In this document: positions 14,465 through 22,451 of the stretch, piece after piece
Layout of the letters: every line of letters begins with the position of its first letter
How positions within the stretch are numbered: the stretch's first letter is position 1
NCBI GenBank assembly: GCA_963758105.1
Contig: CAVWUC010000002.1
Location: forward strand, 948,167-1,012,166
Direction: 5' to 3'
DNA: 64,000 bases
Source of the DNA: an uncultured Acidobacteriaceae bacterium
GTDB taxonomy: Bacteria; Acidobacteriota; Terriglobia; Terriglobales; Acidobacteriaceae
Notes under the pieces: generated by a model
The model's database searches: none
What the model was told of the DNA's origin: nothing
What the model saw: only the letters and a program-made list of their open reading frames with translations
Made by a program: the position numbers and the translations under genes

Positions 14465-14490
14465 TCCTGGTGTGCTTTGCAATTGCGGCG

Positions 14491-14928
14491 TCAGGCCACG
14501 ACTTCGATGCCCATGGAGCGCGCGGTGCCCTTGATGCTCTTGATGGCCGTCTCCAGTGAGGCCGCGTTCAGGTCGGGGAGCTTCTGCGCGGCGATCTCGC
14601 GCACCTGCGCCTCGGTCACCTTGCCCACCTTGTCCTTGTTGGGCGTGCCTGAGCCCTTCTCGACCTTGGCCGCCTTCTTCAGCAACACCGACGCCGGGGG
14701 CGTCTTGGTGATAAAGCTGAAGCTTCGGTCGCCGTAGACGGTGATGACGACCGGGATGATCAGACCGGCCATCTCCTTGCTCTGCGTGCGCGCGTTGAAC
14801 TGCTTGCAGAACTCCATGATGTTGACCTGCGCCTGGCCCAGCGCGGGACCCACCGGCGGCGCCGGCGTGGCCTTGCCGGCCTCAATCTGCAGCTTCACGT
14901 AACCGGTAATTTTCTTCGGAGGTGCCAT
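14491..14928 (-). CDS. rplK: 50S ribosomal protein L11
   Basis: [49 protein letters not shown]... is canonical L11; downstream of nusG. Confidence 0.98.
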   Translation of the reverse strand: MAPPKKITGYVKLQIEAGKATPAPPVGPALGQAQVNIMEFCKQFNARTQSKEMAGLIIPVVITVYGDRSFSFITKTPPASVLLKKAAKVEKGSGTPNKDKVGKVTEAQVREIAAQKLPDLNAASLETAIKSIKGTARSMGIEVVA

Positions 14929-14942
14929 TGGTTCCTTTGGAA

Positions 14943-15083
14943 CCAGCTTCTAGCTCCTGGCTATTAGCCTTTAGCTGGTTGGTTCTGATGCGGATTTTGG
15001 TACCGCCGCTCCTGCGTTTGCCTCAAACCCGCGGCCGCCAGGAAGCCACGGGCTAGAAGCTAGAAGCTAATAGCTAAAAGCTG
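14943..15083. repeat. Heptad-phased AGCT palindrome, copy 3 (nusG|rplK spacer)
   Basis: Left arm CCAGCTTCTAGCTCCTGGCTATTAGCCTTTAGCTGG (14943-14978). Right arm GGGCTAGAAGCTAGAAGCTAATAGCTAAAAGCTG (15050-15083). Confidence 0.85.
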
Positions 15084-15085
15084 CG

Positions 15086-15706
15086 TTACTCAATCTTTTC
15101 CACCTTGCCAAACTCCAGCTCCACCGGCGTGGACCGCCCGAAGATGGTCACCATGACCTTCAGCGTCTCGCGGTCTTCGTTGATATCGTCCACCACCCCG
15201 TTGAAGTTGGCAAAGGGTCCGTCCGTAATGCGGACCTGCTCGTTCTTTTCAAACTTGATCTTCAGCCGCGGCTTGTCCTTGGAGACCTCGCTGCGGAACA
15301 GAATCGAGCTGACCTCTTCCTCCGACAGCGCCACCGGCTTGTCGCCGGTGCCCAGGAATCCGGTCACCTTGGGCGTGTCTTTGAGCACGTGCCACAGGTT
15401 GTTGTCCAGTTCCATCTCCACCAGCACGTAGCCGGGCAGGAAGACCCGCTCCACGGTGCGCTTCTTGCCCCCGATGATCTCGGTCACTGGCTCGGTGGGG
15501 ATCATCACCCGGCCCACCTTCTCCTTCAGCCCGAAGGCCTGCACGCGGCTCTCGATGGACTCGCGCACCTTGCGCTCAAAGCCCGAGTAGGCGTGGAGGA
15601 TGTACCACTTGAAGTTGGGGTTGCGCTCCGGCTGCGGCGCGGCGGGCGGCTCGGCTTGCGGCTCCGGCTCCGGTTGCGTTACGGGTTGTTCCAGTTCTTC
15701 TGCCAT
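15086..15706 (-). CDS. nusG: Transcription termination/antitermination factor NusG
   Basis: FKWYILHAYSGFERKVRESIE...VFLPGYVLVEM...GFLG...ITDGPFANFNGVVDDI (NGN + KOW). ATG at 15706 (MAEELEQ...) is preferred to 15751. Has a Pro/Glu-rich N-terminal extension. Confidence 0.95.
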   Translation of the reverse strand: MAEELEQPVTQPEPEPQAEPPAAPQPERNPNFKWYILHAYSGFERKVRESIESRVQAFGLKEKVGRVMIPTEPVTEIIGGKKRTVERVFLPGYVLVEMELDNNLWHVLKDTPKVTGFLGTGDKPVALSEEEVSSILFRSEVSKDKPRLKIKFEKNEQVRITDGPFANFNGVVDDINEDRETLKVMVTIFGRSTPVELEFGKVEKIE

Positions 15707-15734
15707 GCTGTGTCTCGATTCTTGACCGCGCGGA

Positions 15735-16049
15735 TTACTGCATGCCCGCAAGCCTGCTTAGCAGCCGGTTCATCACGTTGGCAAAGATCCCATCCACAAT
15801 GAAAAAGAAGATTCCAAAGATAAAAACCGCAATAATCACCACCGTGGTCGTGTTCTTCACTTCCTTGCGGCTGGGCGCCACCACCTTGCGCATCTCGGCG
15901 CGAACATCCGTAAGGAAGCGGGTCATACCGTCCCACGTGTCCTTCACCTTGTCGAACAGATTGCCCATCGCATTCGGCTCCTGCCGCTTCACCGGCGACG
16001 GCTTGGGCTGCCGCTCTTCCCCGTTCTCGATTGTTGCCTTCAATCCCAT
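15735..16049 (-). CDS. secE: Preprotein translocase subunit SecE
   Basis: The C-terminal part (FLTDVRAEMRKVVAPSRKEVKNTTTVVIIAVFIFGIFFFIVDGIF) is typical SecE. Conserved position between tRNA-Trp and nusG. Start is 16049 (AAGGAA SD) or 15968; the 16097 start would abut the tRNA. Confidence 0.85.
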   Translation of the reverse strand: MGLKATIENGEERQPKPSPVKRQEPNAMGNLFDKVKDTWDGMTRFLTDVRAEMRKVVAPSRKEVKNTTTVVIIAVFIFGIFFFIVDGIFANVMNRLLSRLAGMQ

Positions 16050-16098
16050 ACTTCCATTCCTTCGTGTCCAGCGTGCCGCCGGGCGCGTCCGTTCCATC

Positions 16099-16174
16099 TG
16101 GCAGGGGCGGAGGGATTCGAACCCCCAAGTTCGGTTTTGGAGACCGACAGTTTAACCGTTGAGCTTACGCCCCT
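16099..16174 (-). tRNA. tRNA-Trp (anticodon CCA)
   Basis: Reverse complement AGGGGCGTAAGCTCAACGGTTAAACTGTCGGTCTCCAAAACCGAACTTGGGGGTTCGAATCCCTCCGCCCCTGCCA folds as a cloverleaf. Anticodon loop is CTCCAAA; T-loop TTCGAAT; CCA is encoded. Confidence 0.95.
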
Positions 16175-16179
16175 AAATA

Positions 16180-16275
16180 CAGCCTGTAGCCATCAGCCTG
16201 TAGCTCGTAGCTACGCGTGAAATCTCTTTCCATTCTCCCCGCAAAACATGCTACTGGCTACTGGCTACGAGCTTC
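16180..16275. repeat. Heptad-phased palindrome, copy 4 (rpmG|tRNA-Trp spacer; AGCC/GGCT variant)
   Basis: Left arm CAGCCTGTAGCCATCAGCCTGTAGCTCGTAGCTACG (16180-16215). Right arm GCTACTGGCTACTGGCTACGAGCTTC (16250-16275). Confidence 0.85.
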
Positions 16276-16283
16276 CGGCTGCT

Positions 16284-16433
16284 CTACTTCGTCTCCTTGT
16301 GCACCTGGTGCTTGCGGCAGCGCTTACAGAACTTCTTGAACTCCAGACGGCCAGTGGTCGTCTTCTTGTTCTTGGTCGTCGAGTAATTCCGCTCCTTGCA
16401 CTCAGAGCACTGCATGGTCACAATTTCCCGCAT
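16284..16433 (-). CDS. rpmG: 50S ribosomal protein L33
   Basis: Too short for the ORF track. My translation is [49 protein letters not shown], with the CxxC...CxxC L33 zinc ribbon. Conserved position between tuf and tRNA-Trp. Confidence 0.95.
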   Translation of the reverse strand: MREIVTMQCSECKERNYSTTKNKKTTTGRLEFKKFCKRCRKHQVHKETK

Positions 16434-16470
16434 TGCAAATCCTTTCAACCGTCAGTGAACAGGTGAGCTC

Positions 16471-16517
16471 TCAGTCCCTTAGTCCCTTAGTCCCTCGGTC
16501 CCTTAGTCCCTGTTCCC
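16471..16517 (-). repeat. Tandem octamer array, GGGACUAA-type, six G3 tracts on the sense strand
   Basis: + strand ...CAGTCCCTTAGTCCCTTAGTCCCTCGGTCCCTTAGTCCCTGTTCCCGG. C3 tracts at 16476, 16484, 16492, 16500, 16508 and 16515. It starts 3 nt after the tuf stop (16520-16522) and fills much of the tuf-rpmG spacer. Confidence 0.9.
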
Positions 16518-16519
16518 GG

Positions 16520-17707
<1,188 letters not shown>

Positions 17708-17790
17708 AAAAAGCCTCGAATCCTTTCATTGATCCTACTGCCTGTTACACCTCGGGGCGTTCGCCGCGGCGAACTCTAGCCCCAAAAATC

Positions 17791-17841
17791 CAGCCTGTAG
17801 CTCGTAGCTCCTTAACTTCAGGCTACTGGCTACTGGCTGCC
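17791..17841. repeat. Heptad-phased palindrome, copy 5 (short-loop hairpin between orf102 and tuf)
   Basis: CAGCCTGTAGCTCGTAGCTCC, loop TTAACTTCA, GGCTACTGGCTACTGGCTGCC. Same AGCC-TGT / ACT-GGCT spacer flavour as copy 4. Confidence 0.9.
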
Positions 17842-17845
17842 TTGC

Positions 17846-18154
17846 TCAGTAATACGCGAACAGCCTGCCATATCTCTGCCGCAGATCCAGCGGCACGGCC
17901 TCCACCAGCCGCAGATAACGCTCGCGGGTCAGCGCCTGGTCGGAGATCGGCAGGGCCGCGTAGAGCGAGCCGCCCTCCTTGCCGAACATCCCGCGCCGGA
18001 GGATCGCCTCGAAGTCGCGTATCCGCAGCCTGCAGCGCTTCACACGGTCCAGAAATACCTCCACGTCCCGCTGGTCGAATACCGCGTCGATCAGCCCGTG
18101 AAGCTGCGCATAACCCTGCTCGTCCGTTACCGCAATCGCTGCCTGTTCAAACAT
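17846..18154 (-). CDS. Hypothetical 102-aa protein embedded between the tRNA array and tuf
   Basis: ORF MFEQAAIAVTDEQGYAQLHGLIDAVFDQRDVEVFLDRVKRCRLRIRDFEAILRRG... shows GC3-rich codon usage like its neighbours. Bracketed by palindrome copies 5 and 6. No family recognised. Confidence 0.6.
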   Translation of the reverse strand: MFEQAAIAVTDEQGYAQLHGLIDAVFDQRDVEVFLDRVKRCRLRIRDFEAILRRGMFGKEGGSLYAALPISDQALTRERYLRLVEAVPLDLRQRYGRLFAYY

Positions 18155-18172
18155 CCTGTGCGACCCTCACTA

Positions 18173-18285
18173 CAAGCTTCTAGCTCCTAGCCACTAGCTT
18201 CCAGCTCGTTCTTTCTCGCGCTTGCCTCATCCGTTCAATCCGCCAGCGAACAAGCTAGAAGCTGGAAGCTAGCAGCTAGTAGCTG
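18173..18285. repeat. Heptad-phased AGCT palindrome, copy 6
   Basis: Left arm CAAGCTTCTAGCTCCTAGCCACTAGCTTCCAGCTCG (18173-18208). Right arm CAAGCTAGAAGCTGGAAGCTAGCAGCTAGTAGCTG (18251-18285). Confidence 0.9.
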
Positions 18286-18291
18286 TCTTTC

Positions 18292-18366
18292 TGGAGCGGG
18301 AGACGGGGCTCGAACCCGCGACCAACAGCTTGGAAGGCTGTGACTCTACCACTGAGTTACTCCCGC
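18292..18366 (-). tRNA. tRNA-Gly (anticodon TCC)
   Basis: Reverse complement GCGGGAGTAACTCAGTGGTAGAGTCACAGCCTTCCAAGCTGTTGGTCGCGGGTTCGAGCCCCGTCTCCCGCTCCA. Anticodon loop CTTCCAA; 75 nt with encoded CCA. Confidence 0.95.
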
Positions 18367-18373
18367 CCTAAAA

Positions 18374-18483
18374 CAGCTGTTAGCTTTTAGCTATCAGCCG
18401 TTAGCTTTTTGCGTCCGCGCAAGCCATCGCAGTTCGATCGACGATGCGCGAGCTAAAAGCTAATAGCTAACGGCTAAAAGCTG
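18374..18483. repeat. Heptad-phased AGCT palindrome, copy 7 (tRNA-Thr|tRNA-Gly spacer)
   Basis: Left arm CAGCTGTTAGCTTTTAGCTATCAGCCGTTAGC (18374-18405). Right arm GAGCTAAAAGCTAATAGCTAACGGCTAAAAGCTG (18450-18483). Confidence 0.9.
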
Positions 18484-18489
18484 CATTTC

Positions 18490-18565
<76 letters not shown>

Positions 18566-18581
18566 CCTTAAACTCCACCTT

Positions 18582-18678
18582 CCAGCTATCAGCTTTCAGC
18601 TCCATTCTGCCGGTGCGAGTCACCATCCCTCAATCCACCACCGAAAAAGCTGAAAGCTGATAGCTGAAAGCTAAGAGC
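18582..18678. repeat. Heptad-phased AGCT palindrome, copy 8
   Basis: Left arm CCAGCTATCAGCTTTCAGCTCC (18582-18603). Right arm AAAGCTGAAAGCTGATAGCTGAAAGCTAAGAGC (18646-18678). Three heptads pair almost perfectly. The right arm overlaps the stop codon of the 89-aa ORF. Confidence 0.9.
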
Positions 18679-18940
18679 TTTCTTTCCCCCTGCGAATCTT
18701 CTCCGCGTGCCGCGCCAACACCGTGCGCAATGCCAGCCCGCCGATGATGATAAGCGGAACCAGCCTGAGCTCCACCGGCCTGCCCGCGATGGGAACCGTT
18801 CCCGCGTCCATCGTGAACCAGACCAGCAGCGCCAGAGCGCCGTACAACACCAGGGCCAGCCTGTACTTGCGTTCCAACTCGGAACCTGTGCTGTGCCCTT
18901 TCTTCGTCACGCGCTCCGGCTCGGCCTCTTGCTGCTCCAT
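18671..18940 (-). CDS. Small (89 aa) predicted two-helix membrane protein inside the tRNA array
   Basis: MEQQEAEPERVTKKGHSTGSELERKYRLALVLYGALALLVWFTMDAGTVPIAGRPVELRLVPLIIIGGLALRTVLARHAEKIRRGKESS has two hydrophobic stretches. GGAGGG lies 11 nt upstream of ATG 18940. No family recognised. Confidence 0.55.
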   Translation of the reverse strand: MEQQEAEPERVTKKGHSTGSELERKYRLALVLYGALALLVWFTMDAGTVPIAGRPVELRLVPLIIIGGLALRTVLARHAEKIRRGKESS

Positions 18941-19011
18941 CACCGCCAGGCCCTCCGCGCAAAACTCCAACCCTCGATCGGCTCAGGCGCTCAAGCGAGC
19001 CGCATTTCTGC

Positions 19012-19039
19012 TGACACCTGATCCCTGACACCTGATCCC
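19012..19039 (-). repeat. Perfect 2 x 14-bp tandem repeat just 3' of tRNA-Tyr
   Basis: + strand TGACACCTGATCCC TGACACCTGATCCC. The sense-strand RNA would read GGGAUCAGGUGUCA twice. Confidence 0.85.
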
Positions 19040-19047
19040 TGCTTTTA

Positions 19048-19136
19048 TGGTGCACAGGGGAGGATTCGAACCTCCGTAGCTCGCAAGGAGCGGCAGATTT
19101 ACAGTCTGCTGCCATTAACCGCTCGGCCACCTGTGC
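19048..19136 (-). tRNA. tRNA-Tyr (anticodon GTA), long variable arm
   Basis: Reverse complement GCACAGGTGGCCGAGCGGTTAATGGCAGCAGACTGTAAATCTGCCGCTCCTTGCGAGCTACGGAGGTTCGAATCCTCCCCTGTGCACCA. Anticodon loop CTGTAAA; class II variable arm. Confidence 0.93.
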
Positions 19137-19452
19137 TCAACCACTCCACGTCCGCCCTGGCGGACGCGGGCGCCCCGATCTAATCGCCCTGGCAAAAACC
19201 GCTGCGCCAGGGCGCCGCAAAAACCCACACTCTGCGCCCCATCCGGCCTGCTTCCAACCGCTCCGCTCCGGCGCCAAAGAACCAGTTCGGCGCGGCGGAT
19301 TCGGCGCATCAAACCCCGCCCGGATGATCTCCGGTCCTCGGGAGCATGCGCCTCTCGGGAATCACCGCGGAGGACAGACCCGGCGTTCGTCAGAGAAACA
19401 CGCTCGCCGGTTGAATCTTACCGTTCGGGTTCCGTTCACGCTTTCCGTTATG

Positions 19453-19528
19453 TGGAGCTGGCGAAGGGATTTGAACCCCCGACCCTCTGATTACAAATCA
19501 GATGCTCTACCAGCTGAGCTACGCCAGC
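19453..19528 (-). tRNA. tRNA-Thr (anticodon TGT)
   Basis: Reverse complement GCTGGCGTAGCTCAGCTGGTAGAGCATCTGATTTGTAATCAGAGGGTCGGGGGTTCAAATCCCTTCGCCAGCTCCA. Anticodon loop TTTGTAA; 76 nt. Confidence 0.95.
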
Positions 19529-19630
19529 CCTCAGACGGCTCTCCCTGCCCTTACCGCTGCCGGCGACTCAAAAACCGCCGCCCGGAGAACCACTCTGCCA
19601 CCCGGAAACCTTCCCGGAGTTCCCAAATAC

Positions 19631-19686
19631 GCGCGGACACACTACCACTCCGCGCATACCACGGCACAGAAATCAAGGTTAGCATA
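19631..19686 (+). repeat. ~55-bp dispersed direct repeat, copy 1 (upstream of the csgG-like gene)
   Basis: GCGCGGACACACTACCACTCCGCGCATACCACGGCACAGAAATCAAGGTTAGCATA contains the hairpin GCGCGGA-11 nt-TCCGCGC. It is nearly identical to 20959-21012. The ACGGC(A/G)CAGAAAT motif recurs at 19729 and 19751. Confidence 0.9.
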
Positions 19687-19845
19687 CCGGGATGTGCGGG
19701 GCAAACTAAGCCCGCCAACGTACGGCGTACGGCGCAGAAATACGAAGAGTACGGCGCAGAAATGCTGAAGAAAAGCCTTGACACATGCCATCGACCGGGG
19801 GAACCTGTCTGTCAGGGCCCCTATTCCCCTAAAAAAGGTGACCTC

Positions 19846-20850
19846 ATGAAGATGCTTAGGGTCTTCCCTGCCTGCATGTTTGGGCTGGCGTTACTGGCTG
19901 GCGCCATGGCCAGTGAGTCGCATTCTCAAACTCCGCCCGCGCGCAAGATACGCCTGGCGGTCATGGATTTCGACTACGCGACAGTGCAAACTACGACCTC
20001 AGCCATGTTCGGCACAAATGTGGACGTCGGCAAAGGAATCACCGATCTCCTGGTTACCGATCTGGTGAAGGACGGAACCTACTCGATCATCGAGCGTGCG
20101 GCCCTTGACAAGGTACTGAAGGAGCAGAACTTCTCCAATTCGAATCGCGCTGACCCAAACAGCGCCGCACAGATCGGCAAGTTGCTCGGCGTTGATTACA
20201 TCGTCGTCGGCAGCATCACGGAGTTTGGCAACGAGACAAAGAATTTGGGCGGCGGCGGTGGCGGTGGCAACTGGGGCGGCTTCGGCCTGGGCGGGCTCCA
20301 TCATTCCAATTCCAAAGCTAACGTCGCCGTTACCGCCCGCATTATCAACATCGACACCGGTGAGATCCTGGGCGTAGCCGATGGAACGGGCCAATCCTCC
20401 CGATCCTCCACCTCGATGCTGGGCGGTGGCGGCAACTGGCACGGCTTCGGCGGCGGCAATGCCGACTTCGGCTCAAGCGACTTCCAGCAGACCATCATCG
20501 GCGAAGCCACCAAATCCGCCACCGATCAGCTCAGCACCGGCCTGGTTGCAGACGCGCCGAAATTGACGGCGCGCACCATCACCGTTGAGGGCGAAGTCGC
20601 CGCGGTCGATAGCGGTCAGATCATCATCAACGTTGGAGGCAAGTCCGGAGTTAAAGTCGGCGATCAGTTTAACGTGCTGCGCGTGACCAAGGAGATCAAG
20701 GATCCTGCTACCGGCAACGTTCTGCGCAGGCTCACCACCACGGTCGGCGTCATCAAAGCTACCGATGTGGACGATATTTCGGCCATCTGCACTGCTGTTT
20801 CCGGTTCCGGCTTCCAGACCGGCGATCGCGTTAAGACTGTTATTCAATAG
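19846..20850 (+). CDS. CsgG-family (curli-transport-like) secreted or outer-membrane-associated protein with Gly-rich inserts
   Basis: Signal peptide MKMLRVFPACMFGLALLAGAMA. Core RLAVMDFDY...GKGITDLLVTDLVKDGTYSIIERAALDKVLKEQNF...AAQIGKLLGVDYIVVGSITEFG resembles COG1462/CsgG. The ORF-track extension to 19324 overlaps tRNA-Thr and is rejected. Confidence 0.8.
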   Translation: MKMLRVFPACMFGLALLAGAMASESHSQTPPARKIRLAVMDFDYATVQTTTSAMFGTNVDVGKGITDLLVTDLVKDGTYSIIERAALDKVLKEQNFSNSNRADPNSAAQIGKLLGVDYIVVGSITEFGNETKNLGGGGGGGNWGGFGLGGLHHSNSKANVAVTARIINIDTGEILGVADGTGQSSRSSTSMLGGGGNWHGFGGGNADFGSSDFQQTIIGEATKSATDQLSTGLVADAPKLTARTITVEGEVAAVDSGQIIINVGGKSGVKVGDQFNVLRVTKEIKDPATGNVLRRLTTTVGVIKATDVDDISAICTAVSGSGFQTGDRVKTVIQ

Positions 20851-20863
20851 TCCGAGTCCGGAC

Positions 20864-20901
20864 AAGAATGCCCGCCGCAATTGCGGCGGGCATTCTTCTT
20901 T
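20864..20901 (+). terminator. Intrinsic terminator of the csgG-like gene
   Basis: AAGAATGCCCGCCGC AATT GCGGCGGGCATTCTT followed by CTTTG. Perfect 15-bp stem, 14 nt after the stop codon. Confidence 0.85.
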
Positions 20902-20958
20902 GCGACGAGCCCCGCTCATCTTCCCAGAAATCTCTCCAGCTTTTCAATCTCCCTGCCG

Positions 20959-21012
20959 GCGCGGACACACTTACGCTCCGCGCGTACCACGGCACAGAAA
21001 TCAAGGAGCATA
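20959..21012 (+). repeat. ~55-bp dispersed direct repeat, copy 2 (downstream of the csgG-like terminator, upstream of the low-GC ORF)
   Basis: GCGCGGACACACTTACGCTCCGCGCGTACCACGGCACAGAAATCAAGGAGCATA has the same hairpin and the same ACGGCACAGAAATCAAGG tail as copy 1. Confidence 0.9.
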
Positions 21013-21129
21013 GCGAACCGGCCTGAGCAAACCGCGATAAAACTCGGTAATCGCCAGGTTCGAAGCTGACTATGCGGAGTACAATTTGGTACGTTTCACC
21101 AACCCACTGCAATGAGAGGATTGTGAACG

Positions 21130-21447
21130 ATGAACTTGCCATATCCCAAGAACGTCGGCAAACTGCGCAAAATGACCAAAATCGGTGGGGGACACAGATT
21201 GATAACCATCGAGGATGAGATCGTCTGCCCGCAGGGAAAACGTCCATATCGAAAGCTCATCTACCTGCAAAAACTTCGTCATGAAGCCGACAACCGCATC
21301 GATTATCGATTCACCTATTACATGAGCGGCACCAAGGGCAGGATGATTGATCGTTGGGTTTTCGGGCAATACTCCCTGATGATTCCAGCGAAGGAATTGA
21401 AGACGTTGCTCGAAGAGGCAAGAAAGCGCGGCTGGGAAGGCTTTTGA
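21130..21447 (+). CDS. Hypothetical 105-aa protein in a low-GC islet
   Basis: MNLPYPKNVGKLRKMTKIGGGHRLITIEDEIVCPQGKRPYRKLIYLQKLRHEADNRIDYRFTYYMSGTKGRMIDRWVFGQYSLMIPAKELKTLLEEARKRGWEGF. Balanced composition with A/T-rich third positions, unlike its neighbours. GAGAGGA SD. The overlapping antisense 201-aa ORF is rejected. Confidence 0.6.
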   Translation: MNLPYPKNVGKLRKMTKIGGGHRLITIEDEIVCPQGKRPYRKLIYLQKLRHEADNRIDYRFTYYMSGTKGRMIDRWVFGQYSLMIPAKELKTLLEEARKRGWEGF

Positions 21448-21529
21448 GTGGTATACGGTCTCCCAAGGAGATTTGATGAGCCTCAGATAAGTGGCCAAAG
21501 CGCCGAACAACCAATAGAAGCGATCATCC

Positions 21530-21637
21530 ATGAACATGCTGCTTAACATCATGCTGAAACCGGCATCTTTGATCGTCCTGGGAGTCGTAGGCTTTTTCTT
21601 CTTTTTCGCGATGGACAGGCTCCCAAAATCAAAGTAG
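21530..21637 (+). CDS. Possible 35-aa hydrophobic single-pass peptide
   Basis: My own translation: MNMLLNIMLKPASLIVLGVVGFFFFFAMDRLPKSK*. Lies 83 nt after the 105-aa ORF in the same low-GC patch. Weak SD; coding status unproven. Confidence 0.3.
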   Translation: MNMLLNIMLKPASLIVLGVVGFFFFFAMDRLPKSK

Positions 21638-21774
21638 CCCACCAGCCACATCCCGCCACCAGCCCCGCAATCCACCCATTTCCCCGCGCTCCGCCGCCTG
21701 CGCCCCGCATCATTTCATCCCCCCGCTTGCAGATAATTACCCCCGCCTCGCGCACAATACTCCCAGCAAGACTT

Positions 21775-21848
21775 TTAGCGATCAGCTTTCAGCTCCCACT
21801 TGCGGCGAGGAACCGAACGCTGAATGCTGAGAGCCGATAGCTCACGGC
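21775..21848. repeat. Heptad-phased AGCT palindrome, copy 9 (right edge of the low-GC islet)
   Basis: Left arm TTAGCGATCAGCTTTCAGCTCC (21775-21796). Right arm GCTGAGAGCCGATAGCTCACGGC (21826-21848). More degenerate than the other copies. Confidence 0.65.
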
Positions 21849-21876
21849 TTGTAGTTAAGCCCCGGGAGAAAAAACC

Positions 21877-22275
21877 ATGATCCTGCCCTCCACCATCATC
21901 AGGCACGTCGACTTCTTAACCGATTCGCCTCAACGCAACCCCGCCGTCCACAGGTGCTGCCTGGCCGCCGTGCGCGCCCTCGAGCAATCTGGGGAAGAAC
22001 ACCCTGGCAATCGCTTCGAAGCCTCGGAAGCTGTCATCACCGCCTACCGCGACGCCATGCCCAGCCTCGACGGCGCTGCTAACATCCGCGACTACATCGC
22101 CTGCATCGCTCAAGGCATGCTCCTCGGCGTCATCGACCCCCTCGAGGGTCCCAAGTTCCTCTACGCCGCTCAGATGGCGTTAAGTGCGCTCCCGCGCAGG
22201 GCTAGCCGCCGCATAATAAAAGAGATAACCCCAAAAACGCAGACCCCACCCCTCTCCCCCTCAGTTACGCCATAA
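21877..22275 (+). CDS. Hypothetical 132-aa protein
   Basis: ORF with GGGAGAA SD and GC3-rich codons. No family recognised. Confidence 0.6.
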   Translation: MILPSTIIRHVDFLTDSPQRNPAVHRCCLAAVRALEQSGEEHPGNRFEASEAVITAYRDAMPSLDGAANIRDYIACIAQGMLLGVIDPLEGPKFLYAAQMALSALPRRASRRIIKEITPKTQTPPLSPSVTP

Positions 22276-22451
22276 ATTCGCCCAAAAGTAACCTGCGAGT
22301 CGACTGAAAAGTTACCAGCCACGCTGCCCGCTACAGAGCCGCAATCCGCCCGCCAGCCGCGATTCAGCTTGCGCAAATCATCCCACGGGTGGATGATCGT
22401 CACGCTTCCCCAATGAGCTTTCACCAGTTCTGTACGTCAAGGAGAAGCCGC

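Noticed and set aside
19324-19845. N-terminal 174-codon extension of the csgG-like ORF (508-aa version)
   Set aside because: It overlaps tRNA-Thr(TGT) and the repeat region. A signal peptide with an SD begins at ATG 19846.
21070-21675. 201-aa minus-strand ORF across the low-GC islet
   Set aside because: It overlaps the more protein-like + strand 105-aa ORF and the 35-aa peptide. Its sequence is compositionally odd (KKKKK run, no motifs).
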